DNA of 10,583 bases from Laspinema olomoucense D3c (GCF_025370725.1 NZ_JAMXEZ010000006.1), one strand, 5' to 3'. Counted from the stretch's first letter, positions 1 through 6,791 are shown. Made by a program: numbers and translations. The notes: generated from the letters alone by a model not told the origin.

Positions 1-2546
1 AGGGTTCTTACCGAGTCACCATCCCCGGTGAGGGTGCGTTCCTCCTCCCCTGTAGCCAAATTCCAAACTTTCAGGGTGTTATAGTCTGAACCGGAAACCA
101 CCCGTTGCCCATCGCCGCTGATGGCTACGGCATATACCGGCCCACCATGCCCAGTGAGAGTGCGGATTAAGGGACCGCCGGGGGGGGTGAGGTTAGGAAA
201 AAGAGGGCGAATCCAGGGTTTTCTTTGACATTGTTGCGCCTGAGTCAGCAGTTGGGTGATAGCGGGGAACGTCTCCCTTTGAGGAGTCGGCGGATACTTG
301 GGTAAATGCTGACCAATGCCCGGAATCCGCTCCCAGAAATAGCGATAGGCAGGTTTAGGGGGGGTCATCTCCGCAAAAGACAACAACCGCCCCCAGAGTT
401 GCCCCGCCAGTTGGCTGGTATCCTCCTGCACCACATGGGCGGACAACTGTACCGCCTCCCCCACCAGCCCCAGGGCCCGAGTTGCCACGGCCTCTGGAAC
501 TGCCTCAAAATCCGCCAACACCGGCCCCACCCCCAGGCGCTCTATCTTCCCCTGCAACCAGGGAAAATCTAGTAACAGCGTTGGGATGTGGTGTGGGCAA
601 ACTTGGAGATGGTGACGAATGGCGTAGCGAGCAAAATACTCATCCGCCATCGCCTCGTGATAGCCTTGGGGATAGCGTTGACCATAAGCAGCGAAAAACT
701 TCTCCTGACGCGCCGTCAAATCCCCCGCCTGTTGGCGCACATAATCCACCTGCAAATCGTGCAGACTCAGCCGCCCCAACTCATCCCGCAACAGCAACGA
801 CTTCGCCACCAAATCATTCACCACATCCGACACCGCCGAGGCATCCAGCCCGATCGCCCCCCAGAAAATTTCCAGCACCCCCTCGGAAATCGGGGTATCC
901 TCGGGGAAAATCGCCAAATCCAGATACCGAGTCGCCATATCTGACGGCAACGCATCCACACTCACTTGCAGCACTTTCAGCAAATCGGGATGGGGATAAT
1001 TCGGGAACTCGTAGGCAATCCGGGCTAAATCCGCTGCTCTCAATTTTTCCAGCACATTCCGCCAACGGTTTTCCCCGTTCCCACAGACCATTGCCCCGGC
1101 GATCGCCACCGCCAAAGGCAAATAGCCACATTCCTGCACCACCTCCACCGCCTCCGGTGGCAATCCTTCCGGGTGTTCCCCCGCCCACTGCGCCACCAAC
1201 CCTAACCCCTGCTCCTCGGACAACAGCCCCACCTCATGACCTTGGGCCGCCAATCCCGTCACTAACTTCCCATCCCGGGTCGTCAACAACAATTGACACC
1301 GTGGCCCCAACCCATCAAACGCCGCCGCGTGGGACATCTGCCAAACATCATCCAACACCAACAAACAAGCGCGCCCCTCCAACTGTTGCGCCAGTGCCGC
1401 TTTCCCCTGGGGTACATCCTGAAAATAGGGGAGCGTCCCGGTAAAATAGCCCACACAGTCCACCAATCGCGTGAGCAGGTTCGGTTCTTGCCCCAAAGTC
1501 ACCCACAGCACCCCATCGGGAAACCGTTCTCCCACCGCCTCATCCCGCGCCACCGCAGCCGCCAGCACCGACTTCCCAATGCCCCCCATCCCCTGCACCC
1601 CCACCCGCTGCGCCACTCCCGTCATCACCAAAGTTTGGGACTCGGTTCCCAGCAGCTTGGTTTTAATCGCCTCAACTTCTTCTGAGCGGGGCAAAAACTT
1701 CAGAGGCAACGACGGCACATTAAACAACCGGGAACGGGGTGCAGCGGTTGCCCTTCCGTCAATCTTGGCTTCTATGCGCTCTAACTGTCGCGTCTGACGC
1801 CAGAAATTCCGGTCTAAGGTACTCAGCACCCGCTCCACATCTTCCCGGTGCGCCAACTTCGGCAAATACTGCTGAATTTCCTGAATCTGCGCCAAAGTTG
1901 CCCCATGCAAATCCAACACCATCCCGGCAAACGCTTTCGGGTCATCCTTCAACACCTGCCGCAAATACTTGCCAAAATTCGCCGCCAACTCCCCCGCCAA
2001 CGCCGCCACCACCTTCCCATACTTCGCCCTTTCCCCAGGCAAAATCCCCCGCCCAGAGCCCCAATCCACCAAATCCTCACTCAACTCCTGCCACTCGTCC
2101 GCCTTCAAAATCGGGTAGTTGCTGAACCCTTCCGGTGCTTGGCTAAACAAGTGATAAAGCTGGTCCTCCTGCAAGGTTTCAAACACATTGATGCGCTGCA
2201 CCCGCTCCAACCAATAGTCTTCCACCCTATCCGCTAACCCATGCAATCCGGCGCGCAACTTTGGGAACTGGGGGATGATGCGCTCCTCTAAGGTTTTCCC
2301 CACCGTCCGTCCCGCCGCCTTCGCTAAATCCTCATTCCGCAACACTTCCCCATGATTGCGAAATCGATCGAGCAACGCCTCGATCTCAGTTGCCCCCAAG
2401 CTACTGATAATCCCACTCGTCACAGTCCATACCGCTTCTGTCCCAGGACTCCCCGCCTTTGCTAGAGTCCACACAGCCCCCAACCCCAGTAGCGCCGTTT
2501 TACCCAATAGGCTTCGATTTACCTTGAGCCACTGCTTCGCATCCAT
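1..2546 (-). CDS. STAND NTPase of the NB-ARC (APAF-1/CED-4/plant R-protein) type with C-terminal WD40 repeats; bacterial NLR-like protein. The N-terminal domain of about 270 aa is unassigned. The 3' end (WD40 array) runs off the left edge of the window, so at least 848 codons lie in the window.
   Basis: Read on the minus strand from ATG (rc of cat at 2544-2546). An in-frame stop (rc of cta at 2550-2552) lies immediately upstream, and GGAGG lies about 8 nt upstream of the ATG. The frame (plus-strand triplets starting at multiples of 3) was checked codon by codon for 180-600 and 2340-2546 and read by reverse complement in between, and no stop was found. The translation shows P-loop GVQGMGGIGKSVLAAAV (about 1570-1610), kinase-2/Walker B ACLLVLDDVW (about 1335-1365), CQLLLTTRD (about 1270-1295) and a GLPLA-type motif ECGYLPLAVAIAG (about 1095-1130). 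WD40 units PLIRTLTGHGGPVYAVAISGDGQRVVSGSDYNTLKVWNLATGEEERTLTGDGDSVRT occupy 1-175. The gene is missing from the supplied ORF track, presumably because no stop codon falls inside the window. The plus strand here is C-rich and gives only Pro-rich antisense ORFs. Confidence 0.85.
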   Translation of the reverse strand, partial: MDAKQWLKVNRSLLGKTALLGLGAVWTLAKAGSPGTEAVWTVTSGIISSLGATEIEALLDRFRNHGEVLRNEDLAKAAGRTVGKTLEERIIPQFPKLRAGLHGLADRVEDYWLERVQRINVFETLQEDQLYHLFSQAPEGFSNYPILKADEWQELSEDLVDWGSGRGILPGERAKYGKVVAALAGELAANFGKYLRQVLKDDPKAFAGMVLDLHGATLAQIQEIQQYLPKLAHREDVERVLSTLDRNFWRQTRQLERIEAKIDGRATAAPRSRLFNVPSLPLKFLPRSEEVEAIKTKLLGTESQTLVMTGVAQRVGVQGMGGIGKSVLAAAVARDEAVGERFPDGVLWVTLGQEPNLLTRLVDCVGYFTGTLPYFQDVPQGKAALAQQLEGRACLLVLDDVWQMSHAAAFDGLGPRCQLLLTTRDGKLVTGLAAQGHEVGLLSEEQGLGLVAQWAGEHPEGLPPEAVEVVQECGYLPLAVAIAGAMVCGNGENRWRNVLEKLRAADLARIAYEFPNYPHPDLLKVLQVSVDALPSDMATRYLDLAIFPEDTPISEGVLEIFWGAIGLDASAVSDVVNDLVAKSLLLRDELGRLSLHDLQVDYVRQQAGDLTARQEKFFAAYGQRYPQGYHEAMADEYFARYAIRHHLQVCPHHIPTLLLDFPWLQGKIERLGVGPVLADFEAVPEAVATRALGLVGEAVQLSAHVVQEDTSQLAGQLWGRLLSFAEMTPPKPAYRYFWERIPGIGQHLPKYPPTPQRETFPAITQLLTQAQQCQRKPWIRPLFPNLTPPGGPLIRTLTGHGGPVYAVAISGDGQRVVSGSDYNTLKVWNLATGEEERTLTGDGDSVRT
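1099..1106. repeat. HIP1 (highly iterated palindrome 1, GCGATCGC). This is the only full copy in the first 3460 bp of the window.
   Basis: Exact octamer at 1099-1106. 7/8 matches occur at about 851-858 and about 2366-2373. Compare 17 full copies in 3461-10583. Confidence 0.8.
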
Positions 2547-2716
2547 ACCCTATCCCTCCACCACTGCACCTATTTTACTGAAGGTTCATCACCTTGGACA
2601 CGATTTGTCAGCAAAAAGTGGGTACGAACAGCGCTATCCGGATTCATGAATTTCACCGCAACGGACGGGAGCCATTAGAATAGAAACGTGAATCTGACTT
2701 AACCGGAGTGTGTGAC
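2547..2716. promoter_or_regulatory. Divergent intergenic region of 170 bp between the NLR-like gene (-) and the small-protein/protease operon (+). It presumably carries both promoters and both ribosome-binding sites.
   Basis: No ORF in this stretch, and it is AT-richer than its flanks. GGAGG precedes the minus-strand ATG at 2546. GGAG at 2705-2708 lies 8 nt before the plus-strand ATG at 2717. No -10/-35 pair could be called with confidence. Confidence 0.3.
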
Positions 2717-2932
2717 ATGGTGCCATCGGAATTAATCTCAACCTTGAGAGCGCTGAGTCGTTCAGATCAGTTCTATATCATGCAGATTCTGCTCTCAGAA
2801 TTAGCCCAGCAGGAACCTACTCTGATTCAGTCTGAGCAATCTTATCCAGTGTGGTCGCCTTATGGTGCGGATGAGGCAGCAGATACAATGTTAAAAGTGC
2901 TACAGGAGTCTAAATCTCAAGATGATGGGTAA
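2717..2932 (+). CDS. Small (71 aa) acidic, predicted all-helical protein of unknown function. It is the first gene of a two-gene cassette and has an antitoxin/adaptor-like flavour.
   Basis: ATG at 2717 with GGAG 8 nt upstream; the ORF track instead starts at an upstream GTG at 2708. Translation: MVPSELISTLRALSRSDQFYIMQILLSELAQQEPTLIQSEQSYPVWSPYGADEAADTMLKVLQESKSQDDG. The stop TAA at 2930-2932 overlaps the downstream start within ATGATGGGTAA, indicating translational coupling. GC is about 45%, well below the flanking genes. Confidence 0.55.
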   Translation: MVPSELISTLRALSRSDQFYIMQILLSELAQQEPTLIQSEQSYPVWSPYGADEAADTMLKVLQESKSQDDG

Positions 2933-3353
2933 TCCTGAACGATATCCATTTTTATCGGGTAATCCGGCATTAGGTGAAGCTAGTTTTTGTCCGTATCTGC
3001 CTTTGACCTTGTTTTACCAGGAGAGTTCACTCAAAACCTCCGGGCTGTTAGATACTGGGGCAAGTGTAAATGTGCTGCCATATTTGACAGGCATTGAGCT
3101 GGGATACGAATGGGAGAGACAAACAACTGCTCTGAGCCTGACTGGTAATTTAGCTCAGTATGAGGCGCGTGTTGTACTTGCTCAAGGGATCATTGGTCAG
3201 TTTGAGCCTGTGCAACTGGTATTTGCCTGGACACAAGCTACAAACGTACCGCTCATTCTGGGGCAGGTAAACTTTTTTATGGAGTTCGATGTCTGTTTCT
3301 ATCGTTCCCAGTTAGAGTTTGCAGTCAGCCCTAAAACTCCTTCCTCCGAGTAG
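2922..3353 (+). CDS. Retropepsin-like (clan AA) aspartic protease, single domain, 143 aa.
   Basis: Catalytic-site signature hydrophobic-hydrophobic-D-T-G-A-S in SGLLDTGASVNVLPY. A second conserved retropepsin motif (hh-G-x-x-hh, as in IIGRNLL) appears in PLILGQVNFFMEF. The size fits a dimeric retropepsin fold. The start overlaps the stop of the upstream small ORF. The gene is low-GC with AT-rich third codon positions. Confidence 0.75.
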   Translation: MMGNPERYPFLSGNPALGEASFCPYLPLTLFYQESSLKTSGLLDTGASVNVLPYLTGIELGYEWERQTTALSLTGNLAQYEARVVLAQGIIGQFEPVQLVFAWTQATNVPLILGQVNFFMEFDVCFYRSQLEFAVSPKTPSSE

Positions 3354-3460
3354 GTTGAATGTTAGGTTGTTTAATCGTTGCCATAATCTTTGCCGGAACG
3401 ATTCGATCTATTCGCTGATATCATGGGTAAATTATGTTCTGACCTTCTGAGCAAGCAACC

Positions 3461-5071
3461 GTGACTCCTAGCTCTAAACCCTTTGATTCTGTCACTCCCC
3501 CGTCTGAAGAAGAACTCACCGATATCGTGGTGATCGGGAGTGGAATTGGTGGATTGTGCTGTGCTGCTTTATTGGCACAGTATGGGTTCGCGGTGACGGT
3601 TTGTGAGAGTCATAGCATTGCAGGGGGTGCAGCGCATGGGTTTTCTCGGAATGGATATACGTTTGATTCGGGTCCGTCGTTGCATTCTGGGTTGTCTGAC
3701 CCTCACTCGGCTCACCCACTTAAACAGGTGTTGGATGCCATTGGTGAAACAGTCCCTTGTGTGACTTATGATACTTGGGGTTGTTATCTTCCGGAAGGGG
3801 AATTGAATATTGCCGTGGGTGCAGACCCGTTTTGTGAGGTACTGCAACAGTTGCGAGGCAGGGGTGCGGTGCAGGAATGGCGGAAGTTGCAACAAGTTAT
3901 GGAACCGTTAGCGGCAGCAGCGAAGGCGATTCCTCCCACTGCGTTGCGCTGGGATTGGGGGGCTGCGATCGCCACAGCACGGTTTGCACCAGCGGTTTTG
4001 CCTCACTTGGGAAACATCGTTAAACTTACCGGGCCCTTTAGTCGAGTCATGGATGAGGTGATTCAGGACCCGTTTATCCGCAACTGGTTGGATTTGCTCT
4101 GTTTTCTGCTCTCTGGACTGCCTGCCTCGGGGACTAGCGCCGCAGAAATGGCCTTTATGTTTGCGGAATGGTATCGACCCGGGGTCGTGCTAGAGTACCC
4201 CATTGGCGGCAGTGGCGCGATCGCAGATGCCTTGGTCCGGGGACTGGAAAAACAGGGGGGACGGTTGCGCCTGAATGCTCATGTAGAACAAGTGCTGGTG
4301 GCAGGCGATTCCCTTCGGGATAGCTTCGCTTCACGCGCGGTAGGCGTACGTCTGCGGGGAGGGAAGGTGATTCACGCCCGTCAAGCGGTGGTATCCAATG
4401 CGTCGGTGTGGGATACTTTGAAATTACTACCCCAGGATGCAGTTCCGAAATCGTTTCGCGATCGCCGTCAAGGCACTCCCGCTTGTGAGAGTTTCATGCA
4501 CCTGCACCTCGGCATCGATGCTGCTGGATTACCGGCTGATTTAGCCTGTCACTATATCATTGTTAACGACTGGAGTCAAGGGATTACAGCCCCGCAAAAT
4601 GTCGTTTTAGTCTCCATTCCCTCGGTGTTAGACCCGTCCCTCGCCCCACCGGGAAAGCACGCCATTCACGTTTATACACCTGGGAACGAACCCTATCATT
4701 TATGGGCGGGACTTGAGCGCAATAGTGCGGCATATCAAGACTTGAAGCAAGAACGGGCGGAGGTGATGTGGCAAGGGTTAGAACGGATTATTCCGGATAT
4801 TCGGCAGCGATGTGAGGTGACTTTGGTGGGAACACCTCTGACTCATGAGCGATTTTTACGCCGCGATCGCGGTTCTTATGGTCCTGCCATTGCGGCAGGA
4901 AGCGGCTTTTTTCCGGGTCCAACGACGCCGTTATCCGGGTTGTTGTGCTGTGGGGATTCCACCTTTCCCGGAATCGGTTTACCTGCCGTTGCTGCCAGTG
5001 GGGCGATCGCCGCTAATACGATCGCCCCCTTGCACAAGCATCTCGCCCTACTTAAGGCGATCGGTTTTTAA
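3461..5071 (+). CDS. FAD-dependent oxidoreductase of the phytoene desaturase / carotenoid isomerase (CrtI/CRTISO-like) family.
   Basis: GTG start at 3461, preceded by an in-frame TGA at 3440-3442. The N-terminal Rossmann dinucleotide-binding motif is DIVVIGSGIGGLCCAALLAQYGFAVTVCESHSIAGG. It is followed by GFSRNGYTFDSGPS, which resembles the GY.FD.G.S segment of CRTISO/CrtH-type enzymes. The 536-aa length is typical of the family. Confidence 0.85.
   Translation: MTPSSKPFDSVTPPSEEELTDIVVIGSGIGGLCCAALLAQYGFAVTVCESHSIAGGAAHGFSRNGYTFDSGPSLHSGLSDPHSAHPLKQVLDAIGETVPCVTYDTWGCYLPEGELNIAVGADPFCEVLQQLRGRGAVQEWRKLQQVMEPLAAAAKAIPPTALRWDWGAAIATARFAPAVLPHLGNIVKLTGPFSRVMDEVIQDPFIRNWLDLLCFLLSGLPASGTSAAEMAFMFAEWYRPGVVLEYPIGGSGAIADALVRGLEKQGGRLRLNAHVEQVLVAGDSLRDSFASRAVGVRLRGGKVIHARQAVVSNASVWDTLKLLPQDAVPKSFRDRRQGTPACESFMHLHLGIDAAGLPADLACHYIIVNDWSQGITAPQNVVLVSIPSVLDPSLAPPGKHAIHVYTPGNEPYHLWAGLERNSAAYQDLKQERAEVMWQGLERIIPDIRQRCEVTLVGTPLTHERFLRRDRGSYGPAIAAGSGFFPGPTTPLSGLLCCGDSTFPGIGLPAVAASGAIAANTIAPLHKHLALLKAIGF
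3965..3972. repeat. HIP1 GCGATCGC, a representative of 17 full copies in 3461-10583.
   Basis: Full octamers start at 3965, 4217, 4458, 4863, 5003, 5760, 5881, 6577, 6967, 7122, 7272, 7579, 8433, 8559, 8695, 8976 and 9285. That is about 1 per 420 bp, the density typical of many cyanobacterial genomes. The two copies at 8433 and 8559 encode Ala-Ile-Ala within the AIAPDG motif of WD40 repeats. Confidence 0.8.
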
Positions 5072-5096
5072 AACTCCACAAACCCTATTATGCAAT

Positions 5097-5130
5097 GTTC
5101 ATAGTCACAACTTCAGTCGTTACTATGAAC
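5097..5130. terminator. Inverted repeat between two convergent genes, a possible bidirectional terminator or RNA structure.
   Basis: gttcatagt (5097-5105) and actatgaac (5122-5130) are exact reverse complements, giving a 9-bp stem with a 16-nt loop. The repeat sits between the TAA of the oxidoreductase (5069-5071) and the TAG of the minus-strand GST (5123-5125), and its right arm overlaps that stop. There is no clear U-tract. Confidence 0.25.
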
Positions 5131-6094
5131 TAAGAGAATGGCTTAAAACCTCGCGATGGTGGGGCTCCTGTAAGTTGGCGATAGTTGGTCCTAATGGAAT
5201 AATTCCCCCGGGATTTAAGGGGAAGAGATTACCGTAATAGTCTCGTTTAATACTATCAAGATTACAAGTGTCTGCTACTCCTGGGAGTTGATAGATATCC
5301 CGGAGATAGGGTCCGAGGTTTTGATAGTCCTGGATGCGGCGTTTATTGCATTTAAAGAGTCCGTGATAAACAATATCAAAACGAAATAATGTGGTAAATA
5401 GCCGCACATCGGCTAGGGTTAGTTTGTCTCCGCATAAGTATCGATTAGTCGCCAAGACTGCATCGATTTCATCTAAAGTATTAAACAGTTCCGTGCAGGC
5501 GGTGTTGTATGCGGTTTGACTTTGAGCAAATCCACAGCGATAGACGCCATTGTTAATGGCAGGGTAAATTTTATCGTTCCAGTATTCTATTTTGTCTCGC
5601 AAGGGTTCGGGATATAAATCCAGTTCTGGATGAGTGCTAAATTTATTAAATTCTGAATTTAGCATGATGATAATTTCCGCACTTTCATTGTTAACAATGG
5701 TCTGGGTTTGGGTATCAAATAGGACCGGAACGGTGCAGCGTCCTTGATATCCGGGACGGGCGATCGCATACAATTCCGGGAGGGTTTGACAGCCGTATTC
5801 GGGTTCATCCAGGACCCAGATTCCGGCATCGGGAGAGGGGGAGACAATGGCAACGGAAATGGCTGATTCTAATCCTTTGAGCGATCGCACCACCAGGGTC
5901 CGATGCGCCCAAGGGCAACCCAATCCCACATACAGGCGATACCGTTCTTTGGCCGGGGGATAGGGGTTTTCGGGTTGGGTTCCGATGGAATTTCTAAACT
6001 CGCTGATGGGACGAATGTATTCTCCAGTTTGATTACGCGGGGCGAGTTTAGACATCATCAGTTGCCATAGGCTCGTCCAGACAAATTTGCCCAT
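5123..6094 (-). CDS. Xi-class glutathione S-transferase / glutathionyl-hydroquinone reductase (YqjG/ECM4-like).
   Basis: The diagnostic Cys-Pro-Trp-Ala active-site motif is present in RYRLYVGLGCPWAHRTLVVRSLKGLE. The N-terminus MGKFVWTSLWQL...SEFRNSIG resembles E. coli YqjG (MGQLIDGVWHDTW...SAFRNW). I place the start at the ATG at 6092-6094, which gives 323 aa, close to the 328 aa of YqjG. The ORF track instead extends the ORF to 6241 by adding an unlikely Lys/Pro-rich 49-aa leader. Confidence 0.85.
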   Translation of the reverse strand: MGKFVWTSLWQLMMSKLAPRNQTGEYIRPISEFRNSIGTQPENPYPPAKERYRLYVGLGCPWAHRTLVVRSLKGLESAISVAIVSPSPDAGIWVLDEPEYGCQTLPELYAIARPGYQGRCTVPVLFDTQTQTIVNNESAEIIIMLNSEFNKFSTHPELDLYPEPLRDKIEYWNDKIYPAINNGVYRCGFAQSQTAYNTACTELFNTLDEIDAVLATNRYLCGDKLTLADVRLFTTLFRFDIVYHGLFKCNKRRIQDYQNLGPYLRDIYQLPGVADTCNLDSIKRDYYGNLFPLNPGGIIPLGPTIANLQEPHHREVLSHSLSS

Positions 6095-6260
6095 TTTAAT
6101 AATAACTTTGGAGGGCAGTTTTTTCCCTTTTTTCGGGGGAGTATTGGTTTGGTTGGAAGGAGTTTCTAAAGACATAATCAATGGGGTGAAGGGGATAAAC
6201 TCATAAAAAATATTTCTCGTCTTACAAGTTGAGTGATGCACAGGCGAGGGCCTGGTTATT

Positions 6261-6791
6261 TTAGTCTGGTAATTGTTGTTTCAAGGAAGAAATAATCTCA
6301 GCATCTAGTTTGAGTTTTACCTCGATTAAGCGGGTGTTATCTCGTAAAATTAAGGTGTGATTGTCTTCTACAAAAATTTCTGGTTCTTGCAAAGTCAAGG
6401 TTTGATATTTCAAGGCAGCGAGTCCGATCTGCATGACGAGGGTGGGTTGGGATTGGGGATAAATGTAGAGTTGCTGCCGTTTGGGGTCGAGTTGCAGTTG
6501 TCTGACGGTGGTATTGCGTTCGTCTGGCATTCCGGGTTTTGTCCAATAGAGGGTAATGCCGCGTATATCGGGGTTGGCGATCGCAAAGGTTTCGTCAAAG
6601 CGTTGGGGTTCCCAATCCAATTCTCGAACATCGCCGTTTCCCGGAAGGATACGCTGGCGCAAGATGATCTCTTTGCCGTTGAGGTTGCGCCACCATTGCC
6701 GGATTGTCTCGAAATTTTCAACCATCTCGGGATTGCTATTCCCAGAGTGCCAGGTGATGAATTGCACGATCGCCCTCCTAATTGCTATCAA
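6261..6791 (-). CDS. Hypothetical protein, 176 aa, with no motif I can recognise.
   Basis: The ORF has balanced, protein-like composition (MIAIRRAIVQFITWHSGNSNPEMVENFETIRQWW...). It is on the same strand as the GST and 20 bp upstream of it. The overlapping plus-strand ORF 6357..6794 is less protein-like. The alternative start M23 (MVENFE...) cannot be excluded. Confidence 0.55.
   Translation of the reverse strand: MIAIRRAIVQFITWHSGNSNPEMVENFETIRQWWRNLNGKEIILRQRILPGNGDVRELDWEPQRFDETFAIANPDIRGITLYWTKPGMPDERNTTVRQLQLDPKRQQLYIYPQSQPTLVMQIGLAALKYQTLTLQEPEIFVEDNHTLILRDNTRLIEVKLKLDAEIISSLKQQLPD

Noticed and set aside
300-600. Apparent frameshift or stop in the NLR-like gene between the helical region and the WD40 repeats, suggesting a pseudogene.
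   Set aside because: This was my own error in a hand-made reverse complement. I re-read plus-strand triplets 180-599 in the gene's phase and found no rc-stop (tta/cta/tca), so the frame is continuous into the WD40 units.
814-1188. Minus-strand ORF 814..1188 (Gly-rich, 124 aa).
   Set aside because: It is in the wrong phase relative to the long open minus-strand frame that carries the NB-ARC motifs. It is a low-complexity Gly-rich overlap artefact.
306-2649. Plus-strand ORFs from the track (306..572, 482..1444, 588..944, 1293..1685, 1471..1797, 1739..2125, 1848..2237, 2356..2649), several of them Pro-rich and low-complexity.
   Set aside because: They are antisense frames of the G-rich-codon NLR-like gene on the minus strand. 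GGN, GCN and GTG codons read backwards give CCN-rich Pro/His/Thr/Arg junk. None has a domain signature, and they overlap one another.
2922-3353. The retropepsin-like protease as part of a retrotransposon or retroviral mobile element.
   Set aside because: No reverse transcriptase, RNase H, integrase or LTR-like repeats lie anywhere nearby. The protein is a standalone 143-aa domain, as in known bacterial retropepsin-like proteases.
3516-3975. Minus-strand ORFs 3516..3719, 3569..3895 and 3784..3975.
   Set aside because: They are antisense to the well-supported FAD-oxidoreductase CDS. Their composition is biased and no motifs are present.
4845-5237. Plus-strand ORF 4845..5237 (130 aa).
   Set aside because: It is out of frame with the 3' end of the oxidoreductase and overlaps the 3' end of the GST gene on the other strand. 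It has no supporting features.
5659-5853. Minus-strand ORF 5659..5853 inside the GST gene.
   Set aside because: It is an alternative frame wholly nested in the YqjG-like CDS.
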